A program made the translations under genes and the position numbers. Of a stretch of 64,000 nt of DNA, positions 10,711-21,229 are shown piece after piece. The notes beneath the pieces are model-generated. The model ran no database searches. It was not told the DNA's origin and worked only from the letters and a program-made list of their open reading frames with translations. The stretch comes from Spirochaetota bacterium (GTDB taxonomy: Bacteria; Spirochaetota; UBA4802; UBA5550). The DNA lies in contig OY760686.1 of assembly GCA_963663865.1 (NCBI GenBank), positions 2,976,001 through 3,040,000 on the forward strand. Direction: 5' to 3'. Position 1 is the first letter of the stretch, and each line of letters begins with the position of its first letter.

Positions 10711-11160
10711 TCAATGCACAAGATCAAGAATCAGGCCCCTGATCTCTTCGATAGTCTTCATGAGATTGAATGCTGAATTACCTCTGGTAAGCTGTCCTGA
10801 AAGTTCAATAAGCTTGCTGTTTATAATCTCTGCAACGACAAATTCAGACCGGTTATCCATAAACCGGCGCTTAAGCTTTCGCGTCTTCGCTCCCTCATTG
10901 ATAGCGGTTCTCAGAATCTTCTGTACAAGAGCTTTATAACGTGAAAGCTCATAGAGGTTCTGCAGCTCTAAAAAACGCTTTTCCTGATCTCTCAGATCGG
11001 AAAGCAAATCGTCCAGGTCTCCCTCAACATCAGCGGCTACAGCGTTGGCAAGCTCTGTACTGAAAGATTTGTCCGAACCGGAAACCGGTAAATTTCTGTT
11101 TTTCTTGCCTATCCTCGGACGACCCTCACGGGTATTACCCGCATGCAGTATCTCTATCAT
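10711..11160 (-). CDS. YaaR/DUF327 family protein
   Basis: YKALVQ...IEEIRGLILDL C-terminus; lies directly upstream of holB. Confidence 0.8.
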   Translation of the reverse strand: MIEILHAGNTREGRPRIGKKNRNLPVSGSDKSFSTELANAVAADVEGDLDDLLSDLRDQEKRFLELQNLYELSRYKALVQKILRTAINEGAKTRKLKRRFMDNRSEFVVAEIINSKLIELSGQLTRGNSAFNLMKTIEEIRGLILDLVH

Positions 11161-11173
11161 GCTGCCCCCCTGC

Positions 11174-11521
11174 TCAACGGTTTATGGTGCAGTTTCCTTC
11201 AAACTTAACCCCATCCTCCATGACAAGGCTTGGAGTAACGATGTTTCCTCTGATTTTTCCGGACGAAAGAAATATCACGCGTTCGGTGGCGAATATATTT
11301 CCTTTCACCTCACCTCCGACAACGACAAGCCTGGCCTTTATATCGGTCAGAGCTTCGCCGTTCTGACCGATAAGAACTTTCCCGTTCGTCTCGATGGTCC
11401 CTTTAAACTTGCCGTCTATCCTCAGAAGGCCGTTAATCTTGAATTCACCCTTGAATTCCGACCCCTCGCCGATGATACTGTTAACTATATTGTCCTCAGC
11501 CTGTTTGCCCGCTCTGTTCAC
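11174..11521 (-). CDS. Bactofilin (polymer-forming cytoskeletal protein)
   Basis: SIIGEGSEFKG, LRIDG...G and EDGVKFEGNC beta-helix repeats. Confidence 0.9.
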   Translation of the reverse strand: MNRAGKQAEDNIVNSIIGEGSEFKGEFKINGLLRIDGKFKGTIETNGKVLIGQNGEALTDIKARLVVVGGEVKGNIFATERVIFLSSGKIRGNIVTPSLVMEDGVKFEGNCTINR

Positions 11522-11732
11522 TTTTCACACTCTCTTTATTACGAATGCCATGTAACCTGTCGTGACATAATAATATCCCGTTTTTCGTTTACAAGTAAAA
11601 TTTAAACATCATCTCAATTATTACCCTCTATGCGGTCTTTAAAACTGTTTGACATTTACAGGCCTCAGGGCGAACCTGCGGGTCTTGACTGCCGCCTAAA
11701 ACGGCATACAACAAATGTTTCAGGGGATAAAG

Positions 11733-12188
11733 ATGAAAAAGTTCGTAATAGCCGCTGCCGCGATGATGATTCTGACATCGGCCTGCTCTCTTTTCAAAGA
11801 GACATTAAAAATCGATGATGTGGTGAAAGAAAAAGCGAGAATTGATTCTGTGGAAAACCCGGCTCTTAAGAGCATGATAAAGGACGACCTCGGACAAAAA
11901 CTCGTAGAAATCAAAAATGTTACGGTAAAAGAGGTTGTAAACTCATCAAATATCGATTATGATTTCTGCCTGATCGTAGACATTCTGTCTGACGGCAAGC
12001 GTGTTGAATGTCACGTATATTCAAAAAATGTATATACGCTTTCAAAGCTTGAGAACGGGAAAACAAAGGTTGACATCAAAGGCCGTTTTGGAAAGTTCTT
12101 CTCGATGCTGGATGACTACTACACAAAGGTGGAAATCCTTGAGGCATCAATAGAAATCATCAAACCTGAGGAGGTAAAAGCAGAATAA
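11733..12188 (+). CDS. Hypothetical lipoprotein
   Basis: MKKFVIAAAAMMILTSAC lipobox; coupled to dapL. Confidence 0.65.
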   Translation: MKKFVIAAAAMMILTSACSLFKETLKIDDVVKEKARIDSVENPALKSMIKDDLGQKLVEIKNVTVKEVVNSSNIDYDFCLIVDILSDGKRVECHVYSKNVYTLSKLENGKTKVDIKGRFGKFFSMLDDYYTKVEILEASIEIIKPEEVKAE

Positions 12189-13417
12189 TGGATTCATATA
12201 TTCAGAAACTATTCGCCGAAAGACTCGGCGGAGAAATGTTCGGCAAAGAAGAGAAGATTTACAAATTTGAAAAAATCAAACGTGCTAAACGAGCGGCACT
12301 TGCCGAAAACCCCGGCGTCGACATTATCGACCTCGGTGTCGGCGAGCCCGATGAGAAAGCGTTCGATATTGTTATCGAATCTCTCAGGACAGAAGCGGGC
12401 AAACACGAAAACAGGGGATATTCCGACAACGGCATAGACGAGTTCAAAGTTGCTGCCGCGAAGTATCTAAAAAGGGTTTTTGGGGTCGATGCGGATCCGA
12501 AGAAGCACATCATCCACTCCATCGGTTCTAAGCCGGCCCTCGCGATGCTCCCGTCCGCTTTCATCAACCCCGGGGATGTCACTATAATGACAGTGCCCGG
12601 CTATCCGGTTCTCGGCACCCACACTGAGTGGTATGCCGGTGAGGTTTACAACCTGAAACTACTGAAAGAAAATGGTTTTCTCCCGGATCTCGAAAGCATT
12701 CCAGCCGACATCCTCAAGAGGGCAAAAATACTTGTCATAAACTATCCGAACAACCCGACAGGAGCAGTCGCGACTGAAGAGTTCTTCAGGAAGGTAATCG
12801 CTTTCGCCAAAGCAAACAATCTTATTGTCGTTCAGGACGCGGCCTATGCGGACCTGACATACGGCGCGAAGCCTCTTTCATTTCTAAGCATACCGGAGGC
12901 GTGGGAAGTCGGCGTAGAGATTCATTCGCTCTCCAAGTCCTTCAACATGACCGGCTGGAGAATGGCCTTCGTCGCTGGAAACGAGCTCATAGTTAATGCC
13001 TTCGCGAACGTAAAGGACAATAACGACTCCGGCCAGTTCAAGGCCATTCAGAAAGCGGGAGTTACAGCGCTTGAACACCCGGAGATAACAGAATCGATCT
13101 GCGCCAAGTATGAAAGAAGGCTTGCGGCTCTTGTCAGAGTACTGTCAAACCTTGGATTCAGCGCTTCAATGCCGGGAGGCACGTTCTACCTTTACGTTGA
13201 GATACCGAAGGGAGTCCAGGGCGGGCGTCGCTTCGCAAGCGCAGAAGAGTTTTCCGAGTTTCTTATCAGAGAAAAACTCATCTCCACTGTGCCCTGGGAT
13301 GACGCGGGCCATTTCGTAAGGTTCTCTGCCACATTCGAGGCAAACGGAGAAGCCGACGAACAGAGAATTCTTAAAGAAATTGAAACGAGACTGTCTGACC
13401 TTAAATTCGAATTCTGA
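12188..13417 (+). CDS. dapL: LL-diaminopimelate aminotransferase
   Basis: YKFEKIKRAK, GSK, NYPNNPTG, DAAY and SLSKSFNMTGWR PLP motifs. Confidence 0.85.
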   Translation: MDSYIQKLFAERLGGEMFGKEEKIYKFEKIKRAKRAALAENPGVDIIDLGVGEPDEKAFDIVIESLRTEAGKHENRGYSDNGIDEFKVAAAKYLKRVFGVDADPKKHIIHSIGSKPALAMLPSAFINPGDVTIMTVPGYPVLGTHTEWYAGEVYNLKLLKENGFLPDLESIPADILKRAKILVINYPNNPTGAVATEEFFRKVIAFAKANNLIVVQDAAYADLTYGAKPLSFLSIPEAWEVGVEIHSLSKSFNMTGWRMAFVAGNELIVNAFANVKDNNDSGQFKAIQKAGVTALEHPEITESICAKYERRLAALVRVLSNLGFSASMPGGTFYLYVEIPKGVQGGRRFASAEEFSEFLIREKLISTVPWDDAGHFVRFSATFEANGEADEQRILKEIETRLSDLKFEF

Positions 13418-13425
13418 GGTTTTTC

Positions 13426-15720
13426 TTGAAAAAGAGGACAATAGCCATTGCAGTATCGGCAGCAATTGCCGCGGTCGGACTGGCCGCGGCATTGCTGCTG
13501 TATTACTTCTCGCAGCGAGTCAGCTATGAAGGCCTTGTTCCTGGAGATGTCCACTCTGAAGTCACCATAAGAAGGGACTCTGGCGGCACTCCAGTCATTG
13601 AGGCAGACAGCCGCGAAGATCTTTTTTTTGCTCTCGGTTTTGTCCACACACAGGACCGCTTCATCCTCATGGAATACTACAGAATGATCGCGATGAGCAG
13701 AACTGCTGAATATGCCGGCCCGGACGGAATCATTCTTGACCGGATGACAAGAACAGCCGGAATACGCAGCAGGGCCTCAGAGATTACCGAAAATCTCGGA
13801 GAACCTTACAGCGCATATCTTCAGGCCTATACGAAAGGAATCAACTCTGTACGCAAAAAGTGGATAAAGGTCTTTCCTCTAAAAAGAGAGTGGCAGCCTG
13901 TTGACGTCATTGCCATTATGCTTCTCAGAGAATGGGCGTCCTCTTTCTTAAACAACACAGAAATATTTTTTCAGTTTGAAGAGTCTGAACGAAAATTGAG
14001 TCCGGAAAGTTTTTTCCCTCAGAACATGATTTCATATTATCCTCCAGAACATAGCACAGGAGCTTCGCATCTAACCAGCATGAAGGATGTGCTGAACAGG
14101 TATCTGGGGGTATTCAACAATGGATTCGCTTTCCCGGTCAGGCTTTTGTCTGAGGGATCTGCAAAACACGCAGCCGCAGTAAGTTTTGAAAGCTCAACTT
14201 CAATCTACCCTGACTGGTATCCCGTTGTGTTTCAATACGGCGACATCAAGCTTACAGGAATAACCGTGGCCGGTCTCCCCTTCTTTTTTTCGGGAAGCAA
14301 CCAGAGCATGGCCTTTTGCAGTTTCAATCTTAAAACCGACACACAGCGTTTTTACGCTGAAACCGTCAGCGCGGCAGAAAACACAATGCGCTACAAACAC
14401 CGCGGCGTCTGGAAAGACTTCAAAACCGTCAGAGAGCCCGACCTGAGCGAACCGCAGGTTTCACGATTCGACATTGTATGGTTAACCGGGAACGGCCCTG
14501 TGATCAATGATATTTTCACCGAAACCGGAAGCGAGAAAACCATATATACCATGAGCTGCATTCACCCGAACGAGAAGTATTTTAAAACCCTGTTCGACAT
14601 ACCCTTCTCAGAGAACGCCCGCAAAGCGCTTAACTCGGTCCAGCCGGGCTCGTCGCCCAGCGCATATCTATTTATTGATCAGAATGATACCTTTATAAAG
14701 TATTCAGGCAGGCTTTTCCCGGTGCCGCAAAGCAAATCAGTTTTTTTGGAAGGCGCCGCCGCGGCAGCCGAACAGGTTGTGGTTAATAACACAATCATAC
14801 CGGGACAGCTCTCCGGAATAGCAGGCACAGGATTCCTCGAAACAGCGCCATACATTATCCGCAGCCAGTCAATACATGACAGCTCAAGGCTGAAAAGGCT
14901 GGAAGAGCTTGTGCGTCTTGCAAATCACCGGGGGGCAGATGCAGATGAGAACGAAATTCTTGAAATACTCACCGACACATATTCAGTAAACGCGTTTAAG
15001 CTGGCCCCCTTATTCGCTAAAATGCTTGCGCCGGCCCCGATCACTTCGGCGAGACTGGCTCGTATATACTTTAGTGAATGGAATTACAGATTTACAAAAG
15101 ACCAGGTCGCACCTACAATCTTTGAAGGACTCACCCGAAACTACATCATAGAAACCGTTAAGGATGAGTTTCCGTCACAAAAAGAAACGCTGTACCAGAA
15201 CTACTCATGTATAATCGACAGGTTTTCAGACATCATCCTCGCAGGAAAGGAAAAGGAGTTCTTTGATGACAGGCGAACCGAAAAAGCCGAAACAGCTGAA
15301 ATGATTTTCGACAGGGCCTTTCTTGTGACCACGAGGGAACTTAACCGCCTTCACGGACCGGTCATGAACGACTGGACATGGGGCAAAACACACAAAAGCC
15401 GCTATGGAATGCCCTTTGAGAAAGTCTCTCTTTTCAGCCGCTATTACCACAACCCGGACACAATACCCTTTGAAGGCGCTTCATCAACGGTATTCACAGG
15501 TAAAAGCGACGGCTCTTTCCGCCCGGTGAGAGCAACGTCCCTCTGCGGAGTGATCTCAACCGAAAATTCAGTACTGAACGCCGGCTTCTCTTTCTCGGTC
15601 AACCCATTCTCGGAATTTTATTTTGAAGAAAAACAACCCGGCGGAAAAGACAAATTCGGGAGCGATACCGTCTCTTATACCACTACTATAGTTCCCACTG
15701 AACAGTTTGAACCGAAATAG
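13426..15720 (+). CDS. Penicillin acylase (Ntn-hydrolase) family protein, apparently lacking the catalytic Ser
   Basis: IRRDSGGTPVIEA, ALGFVHTQDR, YTKGIN and WTWGKTH; N-terminal anchor; GVFNN where GSNN is expected. Confidence 0.75.
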   Translation: MKKRTIAIAVSAAIAAVGLAAALLLYYFSQRVSYEGLVPGDVHSEVTIRRDSGGTPVIEADSREDLFFALGFVHTQDRFILMEYYRMIAMSRTAEYAGPDGIILDRMTRTAGIRSRASEITENLGEPYSAYLQAYTKGINSVRKKWIKVFPLKREWQPVDVIAIMLLREWASSFLNNTEIFFQFEESERKLSPESFFPQNMISYYPPEHSTGASHLTSMKDVLNRYLGVFNNGFAFPVRLLSEGSAKHAAAVSFESSTSIYPDWYPVVFQYGDIKLTGITVAGLPFFFSGSNQSMAFCSFNLKTDTQRFYAETVSAAENTMRYKHRGVWKDFKTVREPDLSEPQVSRFDIVWLTGNGPVINDIFTETGSEKTIYTMSCIHPNEKYFKTLFDIPFSENARKALNSVQPGSSPSAYLFIDQNDTFIKYSGRLFPVPQSKSVFLEGAAAAAEQVVVNNTIIPGQLSGIAGTGFLETAPYIIRSQSIHDSSRLKRLEELVRLANHRGADADENEILEILTDTYSVNAFKLAPLFAKMLAPAPITSARLARIYFSEWNYRFTKDQVAPTIFEGLTRNYIIETVKDEFPSQKETLYQNYSCIIDRFSDIILAGKEKEFFDDRRTEKAETAEMIFDRAFLVTTRELNRLHGPVMNDWTWGKTHKSRYGMPFEKVSLFSRYYHNPDTIPFEGASSTVFTGKSDGSFRPVRATSLCGVISTENSVLNAGFSFSVNPFSEFYFEEKQPGGKDKFGSDTVSYTTTIVPTEQFEPK

Positions 15721-15819
15721 TTTTTTTCTTGCAAATTAAAAATCCACATTGATTTTTAACATTGTTCCGGCGCGGATTTCTTTTTTCACGTCACATAATA
15801 ATCACTCAGAGGTATCAGG

Positions 15820-17121
15820 ATGATATTCAACAGAGAATATGAGGCCATGCCTGCGGCCGCCATGAAGGAGCTCCAGCTTGAAAGGCTTAAATGGTCTCTA
15901 ACACACGCTTACAACAACAACAAATTCTATCAGGACAGCTTTAACAGCGCCGGATTTCATCCTGATCAACTTAAGAGCCTTTCCGACATGTCGCGAGTCC
16001 CGTTTCTGACAAAGCAGGATATGCGCAACAGCTATCCTTACGGACTGTTTGCTGTCCCTCTGAATAAGGTAGTCAGAGTACACTCCTCATCAGGAACAAC
16101 CGGAAACGCGACAGTAGTCGGGTACACAAAAAACGATGTGGAAGTGTTCGCTGAAATAGTCGCCAGATCGCTCACCTGCTATGGAGTAACTTCAGATGAT
16201 ATAATACAGGTTGCTTACGGCTACGGACTCTTTACCGGCGGCCTCGGGCTTCACTACGGGTCGGAAAAGCTCGGGGCGCTGACTATACCCATCTCCGGGG
16301 GGAACACCGACAGACAGCTGATGCTTCTTAAGGATTTCGGTTCAACAGTAATTGCCTGTACCCCTTCCTATCTGCTCAATATAGCAGACCACATTGCAAA
16401 GACTGATTCATTCGATATAAGGGACACTAAACTTCGAATAGGCGTACTGGGGGCCGAACCATGGTCTGATGAAATGAGAAACGAGATCGAAACAAGACTT
16501 GGAATTGAAGCATATGACATTTACGGACTGAGCGAGGTTATGGGTCCCGGAGTATCCGCAGAGTGCCAGGCGCGCAACGGGCTTCACATCTTCGAAGACC
16601 ACTTCTACGTTGAGATTATCAACCCTGAAACAGGAGAGGTTCTTCCCGAAGGAAGCGAGGGAGAGATAGTGTACACGTCGCTGACGAAGGAAGCCTTCCC
16701 TACTATACGATACCGTTCAAGGGACATCACAACCCTGTACAGAGAACCATGTTCATGCGGAAGAACCCTTGTCCGCATGAAAAAGGTAACAGGCCGTTCT
16801 GACGACATGCTCATCATCAGAGGAGTGAACGTATATCCTTCTCAGATTGAGTCCATTCTCATGTCAGTCAAGGGTACCGAACCTCACTATCAGATATACA
16901 TTGACCGTGAGGGAGCGCTTGATGCTATGGAGGTCAAAGTTGAGATAAACGAGAAGCTTTTCTCTGACGAACTCAAGGTCCTTGACGCACTGCGGTCTGA
17001 GATATCAGACCGTTTCAAAACCATGCTCGGAATATCCGCCAGAATAACCCTTGTGGAACCGATGACCATTGCCCGAAGCGAGGGCAAAGCAAAAAGGGTC
17101 GTTGACCGCAGAAATAAATAA
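15820..17121 (+). CDS. paaK: Phenylacetate--CoA ligase
   Basis: [29 protein letters not shown] and [13 protein letters not shown] motifs. Confidence 0.92.
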   Translation: MIFNREYEAMPAAAMKELQLERLKWSLTHAYNNNKFYQDSFNSAGFHPDQLKSLSDMSRVPFLTKQDMRNSYPYGLFAVPLNKVVRVHSSSGTTGNATVVGYTKNDVEVFAEIVARSLTCYGVTSDDIIQVAYGYGLFTGGLGLHYGSEKLGALTIPISGGNTDRQLMLLKDFGSTVIACTPSYLLNIADHIAKTDSFDIRDTKLRIGVLGAEPWSDEMRNEIETRLGIEAYDIYGLSEVMGPGVSAECQARNGLHIFEDHFYVEIINPETGEVLPEGSEGEIVYTSLTKEAFPTIRYRSRDITTLYREPCSCGRTLVRMKKVTGRSDDMLIIRGVNVYPSQIESILMSVKGTEPHYQIYIDREGALDAMEVKVEINEKLFSDELKVLDALRSEISDRFKTMLGISARITLVEPMTIARSEGKAKRVVDRRNK

Positions 17122-17134
17122 CCGGAGGCAGCCA

Positions 17135-17566
17135 ATGAACGTTTCACAACTCTCAGTATTTGTCGAAAACAGGCCAGGGCATCTGCAGAACGTGCTTAAA
17201 ATTCTCGCGGAAGCCGACATCAACATAATAACGCTTACAATCGCTGAAACCTCCGATTTTGGAATACTGCGCATGATAGTCAGCAATACTTCGTCAGCGG
17301 CTGAAGTTCTCAAAAGAGAACATATCACCTGCTCAACAACTGAAGTCCTTGCTATCGAAATAGACGATAAACCGGGAGCCTTATACAGGGCCGTGGACAC
17401 TTTTTCAAAAAGAAACCTTAACATTGAATACATGTACGCGTTCAACGAGAAAAGAAACAACAAATGCGTCATGATATTCAGATTCGATGATATTGAATCT
17501 GCTAAAACCGCTCTCATTGAAGAGGGATACAGCATAGTAAGAAAACAGGATATTAATGGAGAATAA
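17135..17566 (+). CDS. Tandem ACT-domain protein
   Basis: QLSVFVENRPG, DFGILR, DKPGAL and NIEYMY motifs; usual paaK partner; GGAGG RBS. Confidence 0.85.
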   Translation: MNVSQLSVFVENRPGHLQNVLKILAEADINIITLTIAETSDFGILRMIVSNTSSAAEVLKREHITCSTTEVLAIEIDDKPGALYRAVDTFSKRNLNIEYMYAFNEKRNNKCVMIFRFDDIESAKTALIEEGYSIVRKQDINGE

Positions 17567-17569
17567 CTG

Positions 17570-19135
17570 ATGCAGAAAAAAGTATTACTCGGCAACGAAG
17601 CAGTTGCGAGGGGGGCCTACGAAGCGGGATGCCACGTCGCTGCCGCGTATCCCGGCACTCCAAGTACGGAGATACTCGAAACAATTGCCAGGGACTACCC
17701 TGAAATAAAGTCACAGTGGTCCCCCAATGAGAAGGTGGCCCTCGAAGTCGCAGCCGGGGCTTCTATTGCCGGAGCCCGCTGTCTCGTTACGATGAAACAT
17801 GTTGGACTCAATGTCGCCGCCGACCCGCTGTTTACGTTTTCGTACACGGGAGTCAACGGCGGACTTGTCATAATAAACGCGGATGATCCCGGAGCATGGA
17901 GTTCACAGAATGAACAGGATAACCGGCATATCGCCAGAGCGGCGAAGATACCTCTCCTTGATCCTTCCGATCCTGCCGAGGCAAAGGAGTTTACACGTCT
18001 GGCCTTTGAGCTGTCTGAAAGATTCGATGTTCCTTTCATGGTCAGAACTACAACCCGAATTGCCCACTCACAGGGACTCGTTGAGCTGGGGGACAGGGAA
18101 GATGTAGCCGTAAAGGAGTTTGAACGCAACCCGCAGAAAAACGTCATGATTCCTGCTCACGCAAGGGTAAGGCACAAGTACAAGGAAGAGGTGCAGCTTC
18201 CGGCGCTTCTTGAATATTCAGAAACATCCGGGCTAAACAGAGCTGAAATCCGAAATAAAAAGAGGGGGATAATAACCTCTGCGGTAGCTTACCAGTATGT
18301 AATGGAGGTTTGCCCTGACGATTCAGTCCTGAAAATTGGCATGCCCTGGCCTCTTCCGGAAAAAATGGTAAGGGACTTTGCCTCACAGGTTGAGGAACTC
18401 TACATTGTCGAAGAACTTGACCCCTTCATCGAGGATGCCGTCAGGGCAATGGGCATAACTGTAAAAGGGGGCAAGGGGCTTATTCCGATTACGGGCGAGC
18501 TTAATCCCGACATAGTCGATGAGGCGCTGAACGGAAAAAAACCGTCTCCAGATATGCCCGTCTATGACGCGTCAAAGATCCCGCCAAGGCCTCCGTCATT
18601 GTGCAAGGGATGCCCTCACGCGATTGTTTTTAATATTATTAACAAGCTCGATCTCCACGTAAACGGCGACATAGGCTGCTATACACTCGGAGTGCTTCCG
18701 CCTTACAACGCTATGCACACACAGGGCTGCATGGGCGCCAGCATAGGAATGCATCTCGGCATGGAAAAAGCCCATGGACGCGAAATTGCTCGAAAAAGCG
18801 TTGCCGTTATAGGCGATTCTACATTTATCCACTCCGGAATTACAGCGCTGATTGATCTCGTGTATAACGGAGGAACCGGAACGGTGCTCATTCTTGACAA
18901 CCGTATCACTGCCATGACCGGGCATCAGGAAAACCCCGCCACAGGGAAAACCCTCTCCGGCGAAGACACCATCGAACTTGACCTGGAGCTGATGTGCAAA
19001 GCGTGCGGCGTCAAGCGCGTCGTCACCGTAGACCCGAAAAATGCCGACGAGTTCGAAAATATCCTCCGTGAGGAAACAGCCGCGGAAGAACCCTCGGTAA
19101 TCATAGCGCGCAGAAAATGCATACTTGTAAAATAG
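17570..19135 (+). CDS. iorA: Indolepyruvate:ferredoxin oxidoreductase alpha subunit
   Basis: LGNEAVARG, YPGTPS, NEKVA, MKHVGLNVA, CKGCPH, DIGCY and GDSTF motifs. Confidence 0.93.
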   Translation: MQKKVLLGNEAVARGAYEAGCHVAAAYPGTPSTEILETIARDYPEIKSQWSPNEKVALEVAAGASIAGARCLVTMKHVGLNVAADPLFTFSYTGVNGGLVIINADDPGAWSSQNEQDNRHIARAAKIPLLDPSDPAEAKEFTRLAFELSERFDVPFMVRTTTRIAHSQGLVELGDREDVAVKEFERNPQKNVMIPAHARVRHKYKEEVQLPALLEYSETSGLNRAEIRNKKRGIITSAVAYQYVMEVCPDDSVLKIGMPWPLPEKMVRDFASQVEELYIVEELDPFIEDAVRAMGITVKGGKGLIPITGELNPDIVDEALNGKKPSPDMPVYDASKIPPRPPSLCKGCPHAIVFNIINKLDLHVNGDIGCYTLGVLPPYNAMHTQGCMGASIGMHLGMEKAHGREIARKSVAVIGDSTFIHSGITALIDLVYNGGTGTVLILDNRITAMTGHQENPATGKTLSGEDTIELDLELMCKACGVKRVVTVDPKNADEFENILREETAAEEPSVIIARRKCILVK

Positions 19136-19145
19136 GAGATAACAG

Positions 19146-19709
19146 ATGAATATAATCTTTGCTGGTGTCGGCGGACAGGGCGTTATTCTCGCCGGCAAGG
19201 TACTCATGGAAGTCGCGCGGAACGCAGGCTACGACGTAAAGGAATCTGAGGTTCACGGGATGGCGCAGAGAGGAGGAAGCGTAGACTGCCAGGTAAGATA
19301 CGGTGAAAAGGTACACTCACCTCTCATCAGGAAAGGAAGCGCCGACTTCATTTTGTCATTCGAGCTGATTGAGATACTTAGAAAGATTGACCTTCTTGCC
19401 CCAGGCGGCAAGGCCCTTGTCAACAGGCTCAGAATCAATCCGGCTCCTGTTGAATCAGGCCTCATGGAATATCCTGACGACATTGAGCCCTGGATAGTGG
19501 CAAACCTTCCATCAGTGCGCCTCATAGACACCGAAGATGCCCTCAGAGAAGCCGGCTCCAAAAAGGCCGTTAACATCGTAATGCTGGGCGCTCTGTCAAA
19601 GGAGCTTGACTTCAGCCCCGAAGACTGGATTCGTGCCATCGAAGCAATGGTAAAACCCAAATTCGTTGAAATGAACATAAAGGCATTCAACCTCGGGCGG
19701 GAACTGTGA
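19146..19709 (+). CDS. iorB: Indolepyruvate:ferredoxin oxidoreductase beta subunit
   Basis: GVGGQG, EVHGMAQRGGSV and NIVMLG motifs. Confidence 0.93.
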   Translation: MNIIFAGVGGQGVILAGKVLMEVARNAGYDVKESEVHGMAQRGGSVDCQVRYGEKVHSPLIRKGSADFILSFELIEILRKIDLLAPGGKALVNRLRINPAPVESGLMEYPDDIEPWIVANLPSVRLIDTEDALREAGSKKAVNIVMLGALSKELDFSPEDWIRAIEAMVKPKFVEMNIKAFNLGREL

Positions 19710-19729
19710 CCCGTATTTTTTAGTTAACA

Positions 19730-19755
19730 CCCCCGCGGCTGCGGGGGAGTCTTTT
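19730..19755 (+). terminator. Probable intrinsic terminator after iorB
   Basis: CCCCCGC-GGCT-GCGGGGG stem followed by a pyrimidine-rich tract. Confidence 0.55.
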
Positions 19756-19853
19756 CTTCTCCTTCCGAATCTCAAATTACTATAATTGAACCAACCAGGG
19801 TCAACAATCCTGAAACAAAAACGCATAATTTTATAATTTTTTTCAGAAGGATA

Positions 19854-19882
19854 TTGCCGTTTTCTAAAACCCTGAGTATATT
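19854..19882 (+). promoter_or_regulatory. Sigma70-type promoter of the hsp20 operon
   Basis: TTGCCG-17 bp-TATATT just upstream of the CIRCE. Confidence 0.55.
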
Positions 19883-19895
19883 ATAACTGTTTCTG

Positions 19896-19922
19896 TTAGC
19901 ACTCGTCTTTATCGAGTGCTAA
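19896..19922. promoter_or_regulatory. CIRCE element (HrcA operator)
   Basis: Exact consensus TTAGCACTC-N9-GAGTGCTAA. Confidence 0.95.
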
Positions 19923-19952
19923 CAGAAACAGTACATTTTAAGGAGGTTTGCT

Positions 19953-20405
19953 ATGAAATGGGGACTTGCGAACACAAAAAAAGCCTCTGAAAGGGGTACC
20001 TTGTCGCTGAGAAACAACCTTGACAGGGTTTTCGACGACTTCTTTTCATTCAGGCCTTCGGCGCTTTTCGATTCAGAGTGGCTACCGAAGCTTGATTTAA
20101 AAGAGGATGAAAAACTTTTCAAAGTTGAAGCCGAGGTGCCTGGAATTGAGGAGAAAGATCTGAATGTTACTATTGACGGCAACATACTGACAATTTCAGG
20201 GGAGAGAAGATGTGAAAACGAAGAAAAAAACGGTAAGGTTATAATGTCCGAAAGATGCTACGGCAGCTTCAGCAGATCACTAAGACTTCCAGAAGCAGTA
20301 AAGACGGATAAGGTCTCAGCTGTTTTCAAAAACGGCGTACTGAAGCTTGAGATTCCGAAGGATGAATCGAAGCTTCCTAAAAAAATCAAAGTAAATGTTC
20401 AATAA
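19953..20405 (+). CDS. Small heat-shock protein Hsp20
   Basis: EAEVPG, LTISGER, ERCYGSFSRS and FKNGVLKLEIPK motifs; AGGAGG RBS. Confidence 0.93.
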   Translation: MKWGLANTKKASERGTLSLRNNLDRVFDDFFSFRPSALFDSEWLPKLDLKEDEKLFKVEAEVPGIEEKDLNVTIDGNILTISGERRCENEEKNGKVIMSERCYGSFSRSLRLPEAVKTDKVSAVFKNGVLKLEIPKDESKLPKKIKVNVQ

Positions 20406-20418
20406 CAGGGAGGACACT

Positions 20419-20826
20419 ATGTTCTACACATACGATATTTTCAACGACGCGCTCAGGCTTAAGGACATAATTGACGGTTTTTTTGACGACGCCCCAGGTT
20501 CAACAGGCAGAGAGTTCCCCCTCGTAAACATATACGAGAAGGATGATACCGTAACGATCAAAGCCCTGATGCCGGGAGTAAAATCAGAAGACCTTAACAT
20601 TGAGCTTGCCGGAGAGAGCCTTATTATTTCCGGCGAAAGGAAGTCCGACTACACCGAATCTCCCTATGTGAGAAAGGAGAGGTCCTTCGGGGCTTTCAAG
20701 AAGTCGGTAAGAATTCCCTGGGCGGTAAACCCAAATACAATCAAAGCCGGCCTTGACAGGGGCATCTTGACTCTGACCCTTGACAAGAGCGAAGACGCGA
20801 AGCCGAGAAAGATAACGATAAACTGA
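20419..20826 (+). CDS. Small heat-shock protein Hsp20
   Basis: PLVNIYE, MPG, ISGERK, ERSFGAF and GILTLTL motifs; start at ATG 20419 behind GGAGG. Confidence 0.92.
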   Translation: MFYTYDIFNDALRLKDIIDGFFDDAPGSTGREFPLVNIYEKDDTVTIKALMPGVKSEDLNIELAGESLIISGERKSDYTESPYVRKERSFGAFKKSVRIPWAVNPNTIKAGLDRGILTLTLDKSEDAKPRKITIN

Positions 20827-20839
20827 AAGGAGGAATGCC

Positions 20840-21208
20840 ATGAACAGCGAAAGAACAACCAGCAACTCCGGAAACAGGGACAGATACAGTGTTCCTCCGG
20901 TTGATATTTATGAAACCGAAAACGAGTACGTCATAAAGGCCGATGTGCCCGGACTCGATAAAGACGATCTGGATATAACGGTGCACGACAACAAACTCGA
21001 AATAAGCGGCAAGCCGCGGGGAGATGAAATCATTCAGGAAAGAAAGTACGCGGAGTTTGAAACATCCGACTACTACAGGAGCTTCAATGTAGGGAACGAC
21101 ATCAACAACTCTGCCATTTCGGCAGCATTGAATGACGGAGTCTTGACATTAAAGCTTCCGAAACGCGATGAGATAAAGCCCAGAAAAATTCAGATCGCGG
21201 CTTCCTGA
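20840..21208 (+). CDS. Small heat-shock protein Hsp20
   Basis: PPVDIYE, ADVPG, DGVLTLKLPK and KPRKIQI motifs. Confidence 0.92.
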   Translation: MNSERTTSNSGNRDRYSVPPVDIYETENEYVIKADVPGLDKDDLDITVHDNKLEISGKPRGDEIIQERKYAEFETSDYYRSFNVGNDINNSAISAALNDGVLTLKLPKRDEIKPRKIQIAAS

Positions 21209-21229
21209 AAACTGAACAGGAAATGGCGC

